Source: an uncultured Gammaproteobacteria bacterium
Lineage (GTDB): Bacteria; Patescibacteriota; Microgenomatia; UBA10105; UBA927
NCBI GenBank assembly: GCA_964553825.1
Contig: CAZKLT010000002.1
Location: 66,068 to 130,067 of the forward strand
Length of the DNA: 64,000 nucleotides
Direction of reading: 5' to 3'
The translations under genes were made by a program, and so were the position numbers. Position 1 is the first letter of the stretch, and every line of letters begins with the position of its first letter. Below, piece after piece: positions 20,905 to 30,336 of the stretch. The notes beneath the pieces were generated by a model that made no database searches, was not told where the DNA came from, and saw only the letters and a program-made list of their open reading frames with translations.

Positions 20905-22137
20905 CTAGAAAATTACATGCGTCTTTGGCTTGTCGAAAATAAATTCCGGTGTAAGCGACGCGTTGTATGCGCCTATGCAATAGTAGACGATGACATCACC
21001 TTCAGACACTGATGGCAACCATCCGCGGAAAAGCACATCGTCTTCTCGCAGCGTAGCGCCATAAATAATCGTCGGCTGTATGTTTCCATTTCGCTGCTGA
21101 AATGAAGGGGAAAAAATCCGCAGTATTTGCGGCCGATAGGGGATAAGCGACAACATGGTCGTTGCGCCGTCAGCAAATACTGTTTGCTTCATGCCTTTAT
21201 GTACGCGCTGAACGCGTGTTACAAACACCGCGGCATCATCAACCAGATATCTTCCCGGCTCGATCATAAGCCTGAGCTTGCCAGCATCAGGATATTGCGT
21301 GCGCATTGCTTCCCAGATGGTTTGTGCATATTCGTCCGTTGTATACGCATTCCACGACTGTCTTTCGTATGGCTTGCGGCCGTGGGATTTCATGCCACCA
21401 CCGCAATTCACATAACGAGCGTGTAGCCCCGCCTTCTCCATTTGAGTGAGAGTTTCAGCTGCGGCCCGAGCCGCATTTCCAAACACGTCAAGCTGATCAA
21501 TATCAGTGCCCGTATGCACATGTACACCCTCAAATCGTATATAACGTTTTTTCAGCGTTACCAACACCGGAAGACTTATAAGGTCTGCCCGCGAAAAACC
21601 GAAATGACTGTGCCCCATGCTATGACCGCTGAGATTAAGACGGCATCCTATCCGGACACGAAGCTTTACTGTCCGGGAAAACTCCTCCAGTCGCATTAAC
21701 TCGGCTCGGTTGTCCACCTGAACAAGCACGTTATGCCTCATGGCAGTAACAAGGGAGGATTTTGTTTTGTTGGGGCCGTTGAACACGATTTTTTCACCTG
21801 CATATCCATACCGCAGTGCTAAGTGAAGTTCTCGCTCTGATCCAACGTCTGCGTACGTCCCGACGCGGCGAAGCGCAGATGCGGGAGCGTAATTAGTTTT
21901 AAATGAATACGCAATCGCCACCTTCTTCCAGTATCGGGAAAGGCTTCGTTTCACGCTGTCAAGGCGCTGCTCCATAATGCACATGTCAAGCAGATAGGCC
22001 GGCGTTTTTTCCGTACGGGCAAACTTTTTGATGTATGGCGCGATACGATCGTCAGAAGGAAAATGTGAAAAATTCACATCATCCCTGCCGACAAATATCG
22101 GATGGTTCCGTAGATAATACAGGCTTGCCGCTATCAT
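20905..22137 (-). CDS. Group IV PLP-dependent decarboxylase (LysA/ornithine decarboxylase fold)
   Basis: TPAYL, YSFKTN, FNGPNK, HVHTG, NCGGG, IEPGRYLV and GAY motifs; start set at the ATGA overlap with the upstream gene. Confidence 0.85.
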   Translation of the reverse strand: MIAASLYYLRNHPIFVGRDDVNFSHFPSDDRIAPYIKKFARTEKTPAYLLDMCIMEQRLDSVKRSLSRYWKKVAIAYSFKTNYAPASALRRVGTYADVGSERELHLALRYGYAGEKIVFNGPNKTKSSLVTAMRHNVLVQVDNRAELMRLEEFSRTVKLRVRIGCRLNLSGHSMGHSHFGFSRADLISLPVLVTLKKRYIRFEGVHVHTGTDIDQLDVFGNAARAAAETLTQMEKAGLHARYVNCGGGMKSHGRKPYERQSWNAYTTDEYAQTIWEAMRTQYPDAGKLRLMIEPGRYLVDDAAVFVTRVQRVHKGMKQTVFADGATTMLSLIPYRPQILRIFSPSFQQRNGNIQPTIIYGATLREDDVLFRGWLPSVSEGDVIVYYCIGAYNASLTPEFIFDKPKTHVIF

Positions 22138-22895
22138 AATTCCTTTACTTTTTGGATAATGCCGAGACCTGCTGCCACAGAGAGTTTGACTTTGGTTTGG
22201 ATCGGAATTGTTCGCCAAAGCTTCCAGACCCCATAGGGGAGTTGTTCTTTGATAACACGCACATCCGTGTCATGCAACAGCATGAGGCCTCCTTTTTTCA
22301 ATCTGGGCCATGCATTGTTGAAATCTTTTTTAACGCCCTCATACGTATGATCTCCGTCAATATAGATATATTCGTATGATTTTCTCGTTTTTCTAAAATA
22401 TTCATCCGTTGTCATTACGTGTGTCGTTATGTGCGTGTCAAGCCCGAGAAATGAGAAATGCACCTGGGGATTTTGCGAACGCCAGAACCCTATTCCACCC
22501 CAATGCTTCGTTCCGTTGGCATCAGACTCAGAATATCCGGCATCCACAAAATCGACATGGCCACGTCCGACATCCCTGCAAGCCATAGCGCATAACGCGG
22601 GTATGAATCCTTTTTTCGACCCTATGCAAAGTATACGGGCCGGCTTCATGTTTACAATTAAGGCATGGTGCAGCAGGCCGAAGCCCAACAGACCGCGCCT
22701 GGCATCGGCATTCTGCAGAAGATATCCGTCAAAATACTGAAGAACTTCGTATGCAAGCGATGCGTCGTATAAAAAACGTTGATTCAGGACAGGAACGCGA
22801 AAAAAATGGCGGAATAATATGCGCACAGTATCGCGAATTCCCAGTTCCGAAAAACTTTTCGAAAACTCTCCGATTCTAAAGGTACCCGCAAACAT
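22134..22895 (-). CDS. Class I SAM methyltransferase (Methyltransf_24-like)
   Basis: LCIGSKKG, YIYIDGDHTYEGVKKDF and LKKGGLMLLHD motifs. Confidence 0.85.
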   Translation of the reverse strand: MFAGTFRIGEFSKSFSELGIRDTVRILFRHFFRVPVLNQRFLYDASLAYEVLQYFDGYLLQNADARRGLLGFGLLHHALIVNMKPARILCIGSKKGFIPALCAMACRDVGRGHVDFVDAGYSESDANGTKHWGGIGFWRSQNPQVHFSFLGLDTHITTHVMTTDEYFRKTRKSYEYIYIDGDHTYEGVKKDFNNAWPRLKKGGLMLLHDTDVRVIKEQLPYGVWKLWRTIPIQTKVKLSVAAGLGIIQKVKEL

Positions 22896-23054
22896 ACGCG
22901 GATTATATCTTAGACTATATGGCTGAACAAGGACAGTAAAACACAAATTTTTTTCCAACTACAAACGCATCTGCATCAAATCGATTCCACTTGTCAGCTA
23001 CACGAAGAAGGGTATAATACGCATGTCAGTTTAACGCAAACGATTGGATTGGTT

Positions 23055-23753
23055 ATGAACTATGCACTCTCTTCACTATTTCCACTCGTAAACACATCCG
23101 TTGCACAAGACATTATCAACTCATACGCACGCGAGCATAATTGGCACGAGCTGGACGTACGTACCGGAAACCTGGGGTACGGATGGATTCACTACGCATT
23201 TATTCGGCTCATTCGTCCCAAACGTGTCCTATGTGTCGGAAGCCGTTACGGGTTCATACCAATTCTCTGTGCCATGGCGTGCAAAGATAATGGCACGGGC
23301 ATTGTCGATTTCGTCGACGCGGGATTCGATGAGCGAGACCCGAAAAATCCCGATCACTGGGGAGGAGTGGGGACGTGGCGGGAAATTAATCCGGATCGAT
23401 ACTTCCGCAAGCACTCGGTCCATAAGCATATCGTACTGCACGTTCAAACAACTGCCCAGTTCAACGCCGCTTATCCTGATAGACACTGGGACTACATATA
23501 TATCGATGGCGACCATTCGTATAAAGGATCTCGATTCGACTTCAACACATTCTGGCCGAGACTCAATCGAGGAGGAATGCTCTCTCTGCATGACATTCGC
23601 GTGAAACGAATCAACAAGCTGGTTTTAGGAGTACACCGGTTATGGAACGAAATCAAGCGCAAGCACCCCCACGAAACACTTGAATTGCCTGGAGCCTACG
23701 GACTTGGCATTTTGACGAAGCCTCAAAGGTCCTCTCTGCTCGTAGACGTATGA
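23055..23753 (+). CDS. Class I SAM methyltransferase (Methyltransf_24-like), paralog of the divergent neighbour
   Basis: LCVGSRYG, YIYIDGDHSYKGSRFDF and LNRGGMLSLHD motifs. Confidence 0.85.
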   Translation: MNYALSSLFPLVNTSVAQDIINSYAREHNWHELDVRTGNLGYGWIHYAFIRLIRPKRVLCVGSRYGFIPILCAMACKDNGTGIVDFVDAGFDERDPKNPDHWGGVGTWREINPDRYFRKHSVHKHIVLHVQTTAQFNAAYPDRHWDYIYIDGDHSYKGSRFDFNTFWPRLNRGGMLSLHDIRVKRINKLVLGVHRLWNEIKRKHPHETLELPGAYGLGILTKPQRSSLLVDV

Positions 23754-23760
23754 TGTCACC

Positions 23761-24660
23761 GTGCCTGTGAACAGCCATCTCCCTATCAGCGTCATAGTTG
23801 CAACGAAAAATCGGCCGATGCGCCTGAGGCAGTGTATTATGTCGCTATTAAAGACGGTCGGCACTACGTATGAGGTTATCGTCGTAGACCAAAGCAAACA
23901 TTCAGCCCCATTGACGCGTATTTCAGGGAAGATTCATTCTGTGCATGCACCAGGCAGCGGAAAAGCCCTTGCATTGAACCAGGGCGCCAGAATAGCCTCG
24001 GGAGAAATACTTGCATTTACCGACGATGACTGTATCGTATCGCCAGGTTGGCTTTTCGCGTTGGTGCGGCAGTTTAAAAAAACGCCAAGTGTGTCAGCAG
24101 TATTCGGCAGTACACGCCCATATCAGCCCATGCGGCATCAACATCGCTTTTGCCCATCGATATTTGCCGTTCGACAAACGCTCATCCATACCAAACCAGT
24201 ACTCCACTCTACACATATAGGTTACGGAAACAATATGGCAATAAGGAAAACGGTCTTTGACACGCTCGGGCCGTTCAAGACATGGCTGGGCCCCGGCTCG
24301 ATAGGCAGTAATGCAGAGGACGCTGAGTATGCGCTTCGCATACTGACGAAGGGGGGAACAATCGCCAGTACGCCTCGCGCGATTGTCTATCACAATAGAT
24401 GGCTCTCTTCCGTTGCGATGGATCGTCTGGAATTGTCATACGTATGCGGAGAAATGGCGTGTTACACATATTATTATCTTCAAGGGCTTCCGTTTGCGAA
24501 AACTATTATCCGAGCAAACATCAGTGACTCGTTACGGTCAATCGGAAAGAATGCACGCCCGACTATCAAAAAGCAGGCGCTTTTTCACGAAACGGGAAAA
24601 CTGTTCATGAGAATGCGCGGGTGTATCGTCGGCGTTTTGGCTGCAACATTCGAAAAATAG
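23761..24660 (+). CDS. Glycosyltransferase family 2
   Basis: ISVIVATKNR, VIVVDQ, LAFTDDD, GNNMAIR and ED motifs. Confidence 0.9.
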   Translation: MPVNSHLPISVIVATKNRPMRLRQCIMSLLKTVGTTYEVIVVDQSKHSAPLTRISGKIHSVHAPGSGKALALNQGARIASGEILAFTDDDCIVSPGWLFALVRQFKKTPSVSAVFGSTRPYQPMRHQHRFCPSIFAVRQTLIHTKPVLHSTHIGYGNNMAIRKTVFDTLGPFKTWLGPGSIGSNAEDAEYALRILTKGGTIASTPRAIVYHNRWLSSVAMDRLELSYVCGEMACYTYYYLQGLPFAKTIIRANISDSLRSIGKNARPTIKKQALFHETGKLFMRMRGCIVGVLAATFEK

Positions 24661-25767
24661 CAGCTACCTTCTTTTCCCACGTATTCTGTCGTGCAATCAA
24701 CCGTTGTGTACGAACGTTTTTTTGAGGCCATCCTGCCTTACGTAGGTGACTAATCGTTCTCGCTGCATCCGTGGAATTATGTACTATGAACAAAAGCCTC
24801 TTCTGAACATAGGGAGCCAACGCTTCAATAGGAAGACTGACTACCGGTTTGCCTGCAAAAAAATATTCCATCGTTTTCATAGGAAACGAAAAACGGTTAA
24901 ACGGAACACTGCGATAGGGAATTAAGCCGACGTCAATCTCTTTAAGCGCGCGAGGGATGTGTTGCTTCGGCACGCTGCCGACCCACTGCACATTCGTTAG
25001 GGAGCGCAACTTTTCCCATTGTATCAGCAGAGCGTCCGGTCTGCCGTATACATACTGCTCAAGTGGGCCTACGAAACGAAACGTTACGGCAGGAAGCCTA
25101 CGCGCAAGGGCAAAAAGAAAAGGAAAATCCATCCGATCACTGATGCTTCCTATGTATCCGACCACGAATGTTCGTGCCCGCTTTTTTCTCCATTGAGTAG
25201 TGGACGGTGCAAACAGATGTTCTGCAAATCCCAGCGGAATAGCAACTGTGTCAGGACGCACTTCGCCAAGCTTCCGCGATAAGACCTGAGAATTGGCAAA
25301 AACATACTCAGACAGAATCAGTAGCTCTCTGTGTTGATTGCTGGCGCTCTTGGTGAAACCGGGATAATAGTCAACACAATCATACACCGACCTGTATCCT
25401 TGATACACGGGAAGAAGCAGCGGAAGAAAAAACGGCTCAAAATACCAAAGTATTTTTTGTTCACCCCGATGAATCAAGTCTATGTAGCAACGAATAAGTG
25501 CTGCCCACATCACATAGGTCACTCCGCGCACCCATTTATAACGCACACCAGGGAAAATACTTATCGGACGAATCACAACGCCTCTAGACAAACGGCGTAT
25601 CACCCAAGGGTGTGGCGAAAAAAAAGCTTTGGAAGCCAAACAATATCTCCCAGGGCAAGGCCGTAGACCGTATGCGTTCGAGCGACAATGGTCATTGTTT
25701 GCCAGACATAATCACACCCGCTTGCCAACGGAGCGTTAAAGACAAAAAGTACCGGTTCGTTTTTCAC
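24605..25767 (-). pseudogene. GT-B (GT4/TuaH-like) glycosyltransferase split by a frameshift at an 8-nt homopolymer
   Basis: The N-terminal frame (GTG 25767, KNEPVLFVF...LPKLFF) stops at 25600. The C-terminal frame 24605-25639 carries YDCVD, GYIGSI and PMKTMEYFFAGKPVV. Adding one T to the T8 run (A8 at 25618-25625) fuses the two frames. Confidence 0.7.
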
Positions 25768-25835
25768 CTCCGCAATTATACCAGCGCGTGACGAAATATT
25801 GAGAAGCACTGGCAACACTGCTACAATTCCTCGAC

Positions 25836-26828
25836 ATGAATAGGAGAGTGCGCGCTGTTATCGTGGGGGCAGGATTATTTGGCACGAAAAGACTGCGCGC
25901 ATGTCTTGCCATGCCGACAGAGTTTGACGTCGTAGGCGTTGTAGACATATTGCCGGATCAACGGGAAAAAATTCGGTCTCAGTTCCACGTGCCCACCTTC
26001 GGACACATTTCAGAAACGCCTAAAGACGTCGATCTGGCAATCATATCGACTCCTAATGCGTTCCATGAACGCCTTACCGTTGAATCCCTTGCGCATGGTA
26101 TGAACGTACTGTGTGAAAAGCCTCTTGCTCCCACGGTAAATGAATGCCGAAGAATAATACGAGCGGCAAAAAAATACCATAAGCTCGTCAAGACCGGCTC
26201 GAATCATAGATTTTTCCCGACGGTTCAAAAAGCAAAAGAACTGTTTGAGCAAGGTACAATCGGAAAACTGCTACTTTTTAAAGCGAGCATTGGTATAAAC
26301 GGAGAGCGGGTAGCCAACAAATGGTTTTGGAATCACCGTATGTCTGGAGGAGGATCCTTCATCGACAATGGGTGTCATGTCCTGGATATCGCTCGCATGT
26401 TTATGGGAAATTTTACCAAATGCAGCGCGCACATGACCAACACATACTGGAAAGGCACCTCAGTAGAAGACGTCGGCTCTGCAATCTTCGTGACCCGCGA
26501 TGACAGACAGGCTGTCATCACTTCCTCCTGGATTCAGTGGGCGGGATACTTGCACATCGAACTTTGGGGGGAGAAAGGCTATATTATTATTGATTCAACA
26601 ACGCACGACATCGTCACCATGGGAAACAAAGAGGGAGTCGTAACAACCTATGACTATTCCAACGAACCCAAAGATTCATATCATCGCGAACTTCTGTATA
26701 TGAAGCGCTGCATCTTAACGAAAACAGATCCGCACCCGGACGCGATGGACGGTTCATATGTTATTGGTATGATTGAAAGCGCATATCGTTCGTCACAGAA
26801 AAAATCATGGACAACCATCCGCCCGTAA
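25836..26828 (+). CDS. Gfo/Idh/MocA family NAD(P) oxidoreductase (sugar-nucleotide dehydrogenase)
   Basis: IVGAGLFG, STPNAFH, VLCEKP and GGGSFIDNGCHVLD motifs. Confidence 0.92.
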   Translation: MNRRVRAVIVGAGLFGTKRLRACLAMPTEFDVVGVVDILPDQREKIRSQFHVPTFGHISETPKDVDLAIISTPNAFHERLTVESLAHGMNVLCEKPLAPTVNECRRIIRAAKKYHKLVKTGSNHRFFPTVQKAKELFEQGTIGKLLLFKASIGINGERVANKWFWNHRMSGGGSFIDNGCHVLDIARMFMGNFTKCSAHMTNTYWKGTSVEDVGSAIFVTRDDRQAVITSSWIQWAGYLHIELWGEKGYIIIDSTTHDIVTMGNKEGVVTTYDYSNEPKDSYHRELLYMKRCILTKTDPHPDAMDGSYVIGMIESAYRSSQKKSWTTIRP

Positions 26829-27931
26829 TTCCAGTCAACCGCCCAAGCGTACCCAAAAACGCAAAAAAATATCTTGACACATGTGTATCGTCAGGATGGT
26901 TTTCTTCGGAAGGACCGTATGTCAAAACGTTTGAAAAAGCGTTTGCAGACACACTCGGCGTTTCCTACGCCTCAGCAACAAGCTCGGGTACGGCATCCCT
27001 TCACCTTGCCCTGCTTGCCCTGGACATCGGAAAGGGGGATGAGGTTATCCTGCCGGCAACCACCATCGCATCGTGTTATTTCGCCATATGGTACACCGGT
27101 GCGGTAGCGGTGCCTGTTGATATCACTTCCGATACGTACACCATAGACCCTTCGCTCATTGAGCGCGCCATTACCAAACGGACGAAAGCAATTATGGTCG
27201 TGCATTTATTTGGACATCCCTGCGACATGGACCCCATTATGGAAATTGCCCGTAAGCATAATTTTGCAGTTATAGAGGACGCTGCAGAGGCCCATGGAGC
27301 GCGTTATAAGGGAAGGAGGGTTGGAACAATCGGAGACATTGGCATTTACAGTTTTTACGCAAATAAGATCGTCACTACCGGGGAGGGTGGAATGGTTGTC
27401 AGCAATAACAAAACACTTATAGAGCGGGTGAATTCTCTCAAATCTCTGAACCACTCCTCCACGCGATTTATCCACGTCGGCATCGGCTATAACTACCTTA
27501 TGAGCAATATGCAGGCGGCTGTAGGACTTGCAAGTCTGGAAGAACTCGGCCAGTCTCTAAGGAAGAAAAAAAATATGGCCAAAAACTACAAAAGACTCCT
27601 GTCAGATACCCCAGGCCTCATTCTGCCGGTCGAAAAGCCCTGGGCAGACAGTGTTTACTGGATGTACGCAGTGCGCATTGATCATAAAAAAACAAAAAAA
27701 ACTCGCGATGAGGTAATGAGCTATCTCCTAAGGAATGGTGTCCAGACGCGAACCTTTTTTTACTCCCCTCGCACCGCATTTAAAAAATTAGCATTTTTTG
27801 TAAATGAAAAATTTCCCGTAGCCGAGGAGGTAGAGAAAACAGGATTTTACCTGCCATCTGGCCTGGGCAATACTCATAAAGAATTTCGTGCAGTGGCAAA
27901 GGCACTAACCATAAGAACTAATTCAATTTGA
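26807..27931 (+). CDS. DegT/DnrJ/EryC1/StrS sugar aminotransferase (perosamine synthase-like)
   Basis: SSGTASLHLAL, EDAAEAHG, SFYANKIVTTGEGG and GYNY motifs. Confidence 0.93.
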   Translation: MDNHPPVIPVNRPSVPKNAKKYLDTCVSSGWFSSEGPYVKTFEKAFADTLGVSYASATSSGTASLHLALLALDIGKGDEVILPATTIASCYFAIWYTGAVAVPVDITSDTYTIDPSLIERAITKRTKAIMVVHLFGHPCDMDPIMEIARKHNFAVIEDAAEAHGARYKGRRVGTIGDIGIYSFYANKIVTTGEGGMVVSNNKTLIERVNSLKSLNHSSTRFIHVGIGYNYLMSNMQAAVGLASLEELGQSLRKKKNMAKNYKRLLSDTPGLILPVEKPWADSVYWMYAVRIDHKKTKKTRDEVMSYLLRNGVQTRTFFYSPRTAFKKLAFFVNEKFPVAEEVEKTGFYLPSGLGNTHKEFRAVAKALTIRTNSI

Positions 27932-28103
27932 GAGATACTCGATGAGGGGTAACAATCTTGAATCAACCGAATCTCATACTATGTGAGAAATGAAAACTCA
28001 TAACTGGGACGTCTTGGATGGATGCACGCTTTTGGACGCGAAGCTACTGATAATTTATTATGTTATTGGGTAGAATAATATTCTAAAAAGGTTGTATACG
28101 ATA

Positions 28104-29636
28104 CTACATACTAATTCTTGAGTAAATCGTGGCTCTTGTCTCAGGAAATATTTTTACTTTTACCACATCTGGACAACGACCCCTATTAAGGATGTCAATA
28201 AAAACGACTTCGGGAAATGCTGACTCCAGCAAACACGCCTCTCGTTCGTTTGAAGCAATAATCGGTGGAGCGCTTTTATAGCGTCTTGCATACCACAAAA
28301 GACTTATTTGAGCTCCCTGACCTGGCTCATCAGAGCTATACGTTACTATTTGCTTTGTGGTAATTTTACTTGCCATAACAACAGCATCTTTAAAACCATA
28401 AATAGATTTTGAGAAATTTCTTGGAAGACCAAGCGCGCCCTGCATCTGTCCATTTATCCATGAATAAGTAAAAACGCTAGTCAGTGCAATAACATATATT
28501 ATTGATGCCCTACGTTTCAGTCGAAATAAGGGAGTAACTAAAAGAAAGTACATAATCGGCAAAGCAAAAAGATAGTGTCGCACATGAAACGATGCATATT
28601 GACTATATAAAGCTATTGCAATAACTATCGTAATTGACCACAAAAACAAACTCAGGAAATAAACGGTTTTTTTCGTAAAAAAACAAAGTCCATAGACTAT
28701 GATTCCCAACAAGAAAATAAACTGTGCTCTTTCAGCCAACAAAACTTCATGCATATGTACAAGCGGACTCATAACGAATGAAAAAGTAGGAATCGTCTGA
28801 GGGACGGTAGCAATAAGCATTTTGTGAAAAAATATCACAAATAGTCCAACAAAAATGCCAAGCATGAATATCGCCTGACGTCTATTCTTTTTATCGCACA
28901 GACTCCATACTAAATATGGAATGACTATAATATGCTGGTAAATGGAGTTTACGGTAAAAATTACGACAATAGGAAAATTTTTTGTTGAGTAAAAAGACCC
29001 ATAGTCCATCATACGTACAGCGAGAATAACACCAAGAAATGATAATGCATAGAATCTGACTTCATAAGAGTATTGCAGTAAAAACGGATTTAAAAAATAC
29101 AATAAGAATATACATATTCCTATAAACATCTTTTCGAGATAGCTTCTTTTATAAGAAGCCTGATTTAGGGCATAAAAAACTAAAATTATCCCTGCAACAA
29201 TATGGAAAATCATATACGGAATTCGATAAATAAATTCCTGGTAATCCTTTGAAAAGAAAATTACTATGTGATTCCAGGCCCACATGTTCCAATAATCCAA
29301 AGGCAATGCTGAGGCATGCCACATAAACACTGATCGAGCGATCAAAGAAAAAGGGGATTCTGCAATCTGAATTACTCCAACTTCGTCACTCCACAATTCA
29401 AGAGAATTGATATTGTGAAAGTTAATGAGGTAATATGAAGCACCTATAGCCCAGAGTGCAAGTCCTATAAATCGCCGATCAAACGAAAGGTTTTTTAAAT
29501 GCAAAATGATTACATTCAAAAAAATATATAATAGTACAATGTACCATAATAAAGACAGGCTAGAAGCATAAAAAAGAAGAATAATGGCAACAATAAACAC
29601 GAAATTCTTAACTATCGATGGACTCAAATTTGCCAT
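28104..29636 (-). CDS. AT-rich multi-TM GT-C-like glycosyltransferase
   Basis: LWSDE, YSYEVRFYAL and RHYLF motifs in a polytopic protein. Start uncertain because it overlaps the divergent gene. Confidence 0.65.
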   Translation of the reverse strand: MANLSPSIVKNFVFIVAIILLFYASSLSLLWYIVLLYIFLNVIILHLKNLSFDRRFIGLALWAIGASYYLINFHNINSLELWSDEVGVIQIAESPFSLIARSVFMWHASALPLDYWNMWAWNHIVIFFSKDYQEFIYRIPYMIFHIVAGIILVFYALNQASYKRSYLEKMFIGICIFLLYFLNPFLLQYSYEVRFYALSFLGVILAVRMMDYGSFYSTKNFPIVVIFTVNSIYQHIIVIPYLVWSLCDKKNRRQAIFMLGIFVGLFVIFFHKMLIATVPQTIPTFSFVMSPLVHMHEVLLAERAQFIFLLGIIVYGLCFFTKKTVYFLSLFLWSITIVIAIALYSQYASFHVRHYLFALPIMYFLLVTPLFRLKRRASIIYVIALTSVFTYSWINGQMQGALGLPRNFSKSIYGFKDAVVMASKITTKQIVTYSSDEPGQGAQISLLWYARRYKSAPPIIASNEREACLLESAFPEVVFIDILNRGRCPDVVKVKIFPETRATIYSRISM

Positions 29637-30336
29637 TGGAGGAATAAATGATGTTGTCTCCCATATTATATATCAATCAAAACGCAGTACGAAAGGATGC
29701 GTAATCTTACCCTGCTCACTTAACGATCTCGCACACAAGAATAAAACCGAGTATAACCAAAAAGCCTATACAGAGGTAGACATGCTGCTGCCTGATGGTA
29801 TGCCCCTGGTGTGGGCAATTAGCCTGAAAGGCAAAAAAACCGATCGCATTTATGGACCGGACCTTATGAAACGACTTCTTTCGTTACAAGAAGTCCAAAG
29901 GACAAGGCACGTCTTCTACGGATCCTCTAAACGAACACTTAATAAACTTGAAATGTATATCCAAAAAAAGCATCCATACATGAAGCACACTCTTTTTATT
30001 TCTCCTCCATTCCGCCAGTTAAGCCAACAAGAGGAGTGGGGATATGTAACGCAAATCCGTCACTATAAACCTGATTATGTATGGATTGGATTAAGCTCTC
30101 CTAAGCAGGTTATAGTAGCTGTTCAATGGAAAAATCAGCTTCCCAATACCATAATTCTCTGTGTCGGAGCGGCGTTTGATTTTATCGCTGGAACAGTGCC
30201 ACAAGCGCCAAAGTGGATGCAACGGATGGGTCTTGAGTGGGCGTTTCGCTTAGGAACAAATCCCCGCCGTCTTTGGAGACGCTACCTTGTCACTATTCCA
30301 TCGTATCTTCTCAGCGGCTCACTTTTCAAGGCCTAG
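29584..30336 (+). CDS. WecB/TagA/CpsF (GT26) glycosyltransferase
   Basis: PDGMPLVW, RIYGPDLM, SPPFR, GLSSPKQ, VGAAFDF, GLEWAFRL and RLWRRY motifs. Confidence 0.93.
   Translation: MATINTKFLTIDGLKFAIGGINDVVSHIIYQSKRSTKGCVILPCSLNDLAHKNKTEYNQKAYTEVDMLLPDGMPLVWAISLKGKKTDRIYGPDLMKRLLSLQEVQRTRHVFYGSSKRTLNKLEMYIQKKHPYMKHTLFISPPFRQLSQQEEWGYVTQIRHYKPDYVWIGLSSPKQVIVAVQWKNQLPNTIILCVGAAFDFIAGTVPQAPKWMQRMGLEWAFRLGTNPRRLWRRYLVTIPSYLLSGSLFKA

Noticed and set aside
15481-22137. Phosphonate biosynthesis cluster (LicC/PntC-like enzyme plus aminotransferase)
   Set aside because: No PEP mutase (EDK...NS motif) or phosphonopyruvate decarboxylase in the window.
18564-22137. Housekeeping glyA, hisC and lysA
   Set aside because: Motif deviations, glycan-island context and no other His/Lys pathway genes nearby; symbols withheld.
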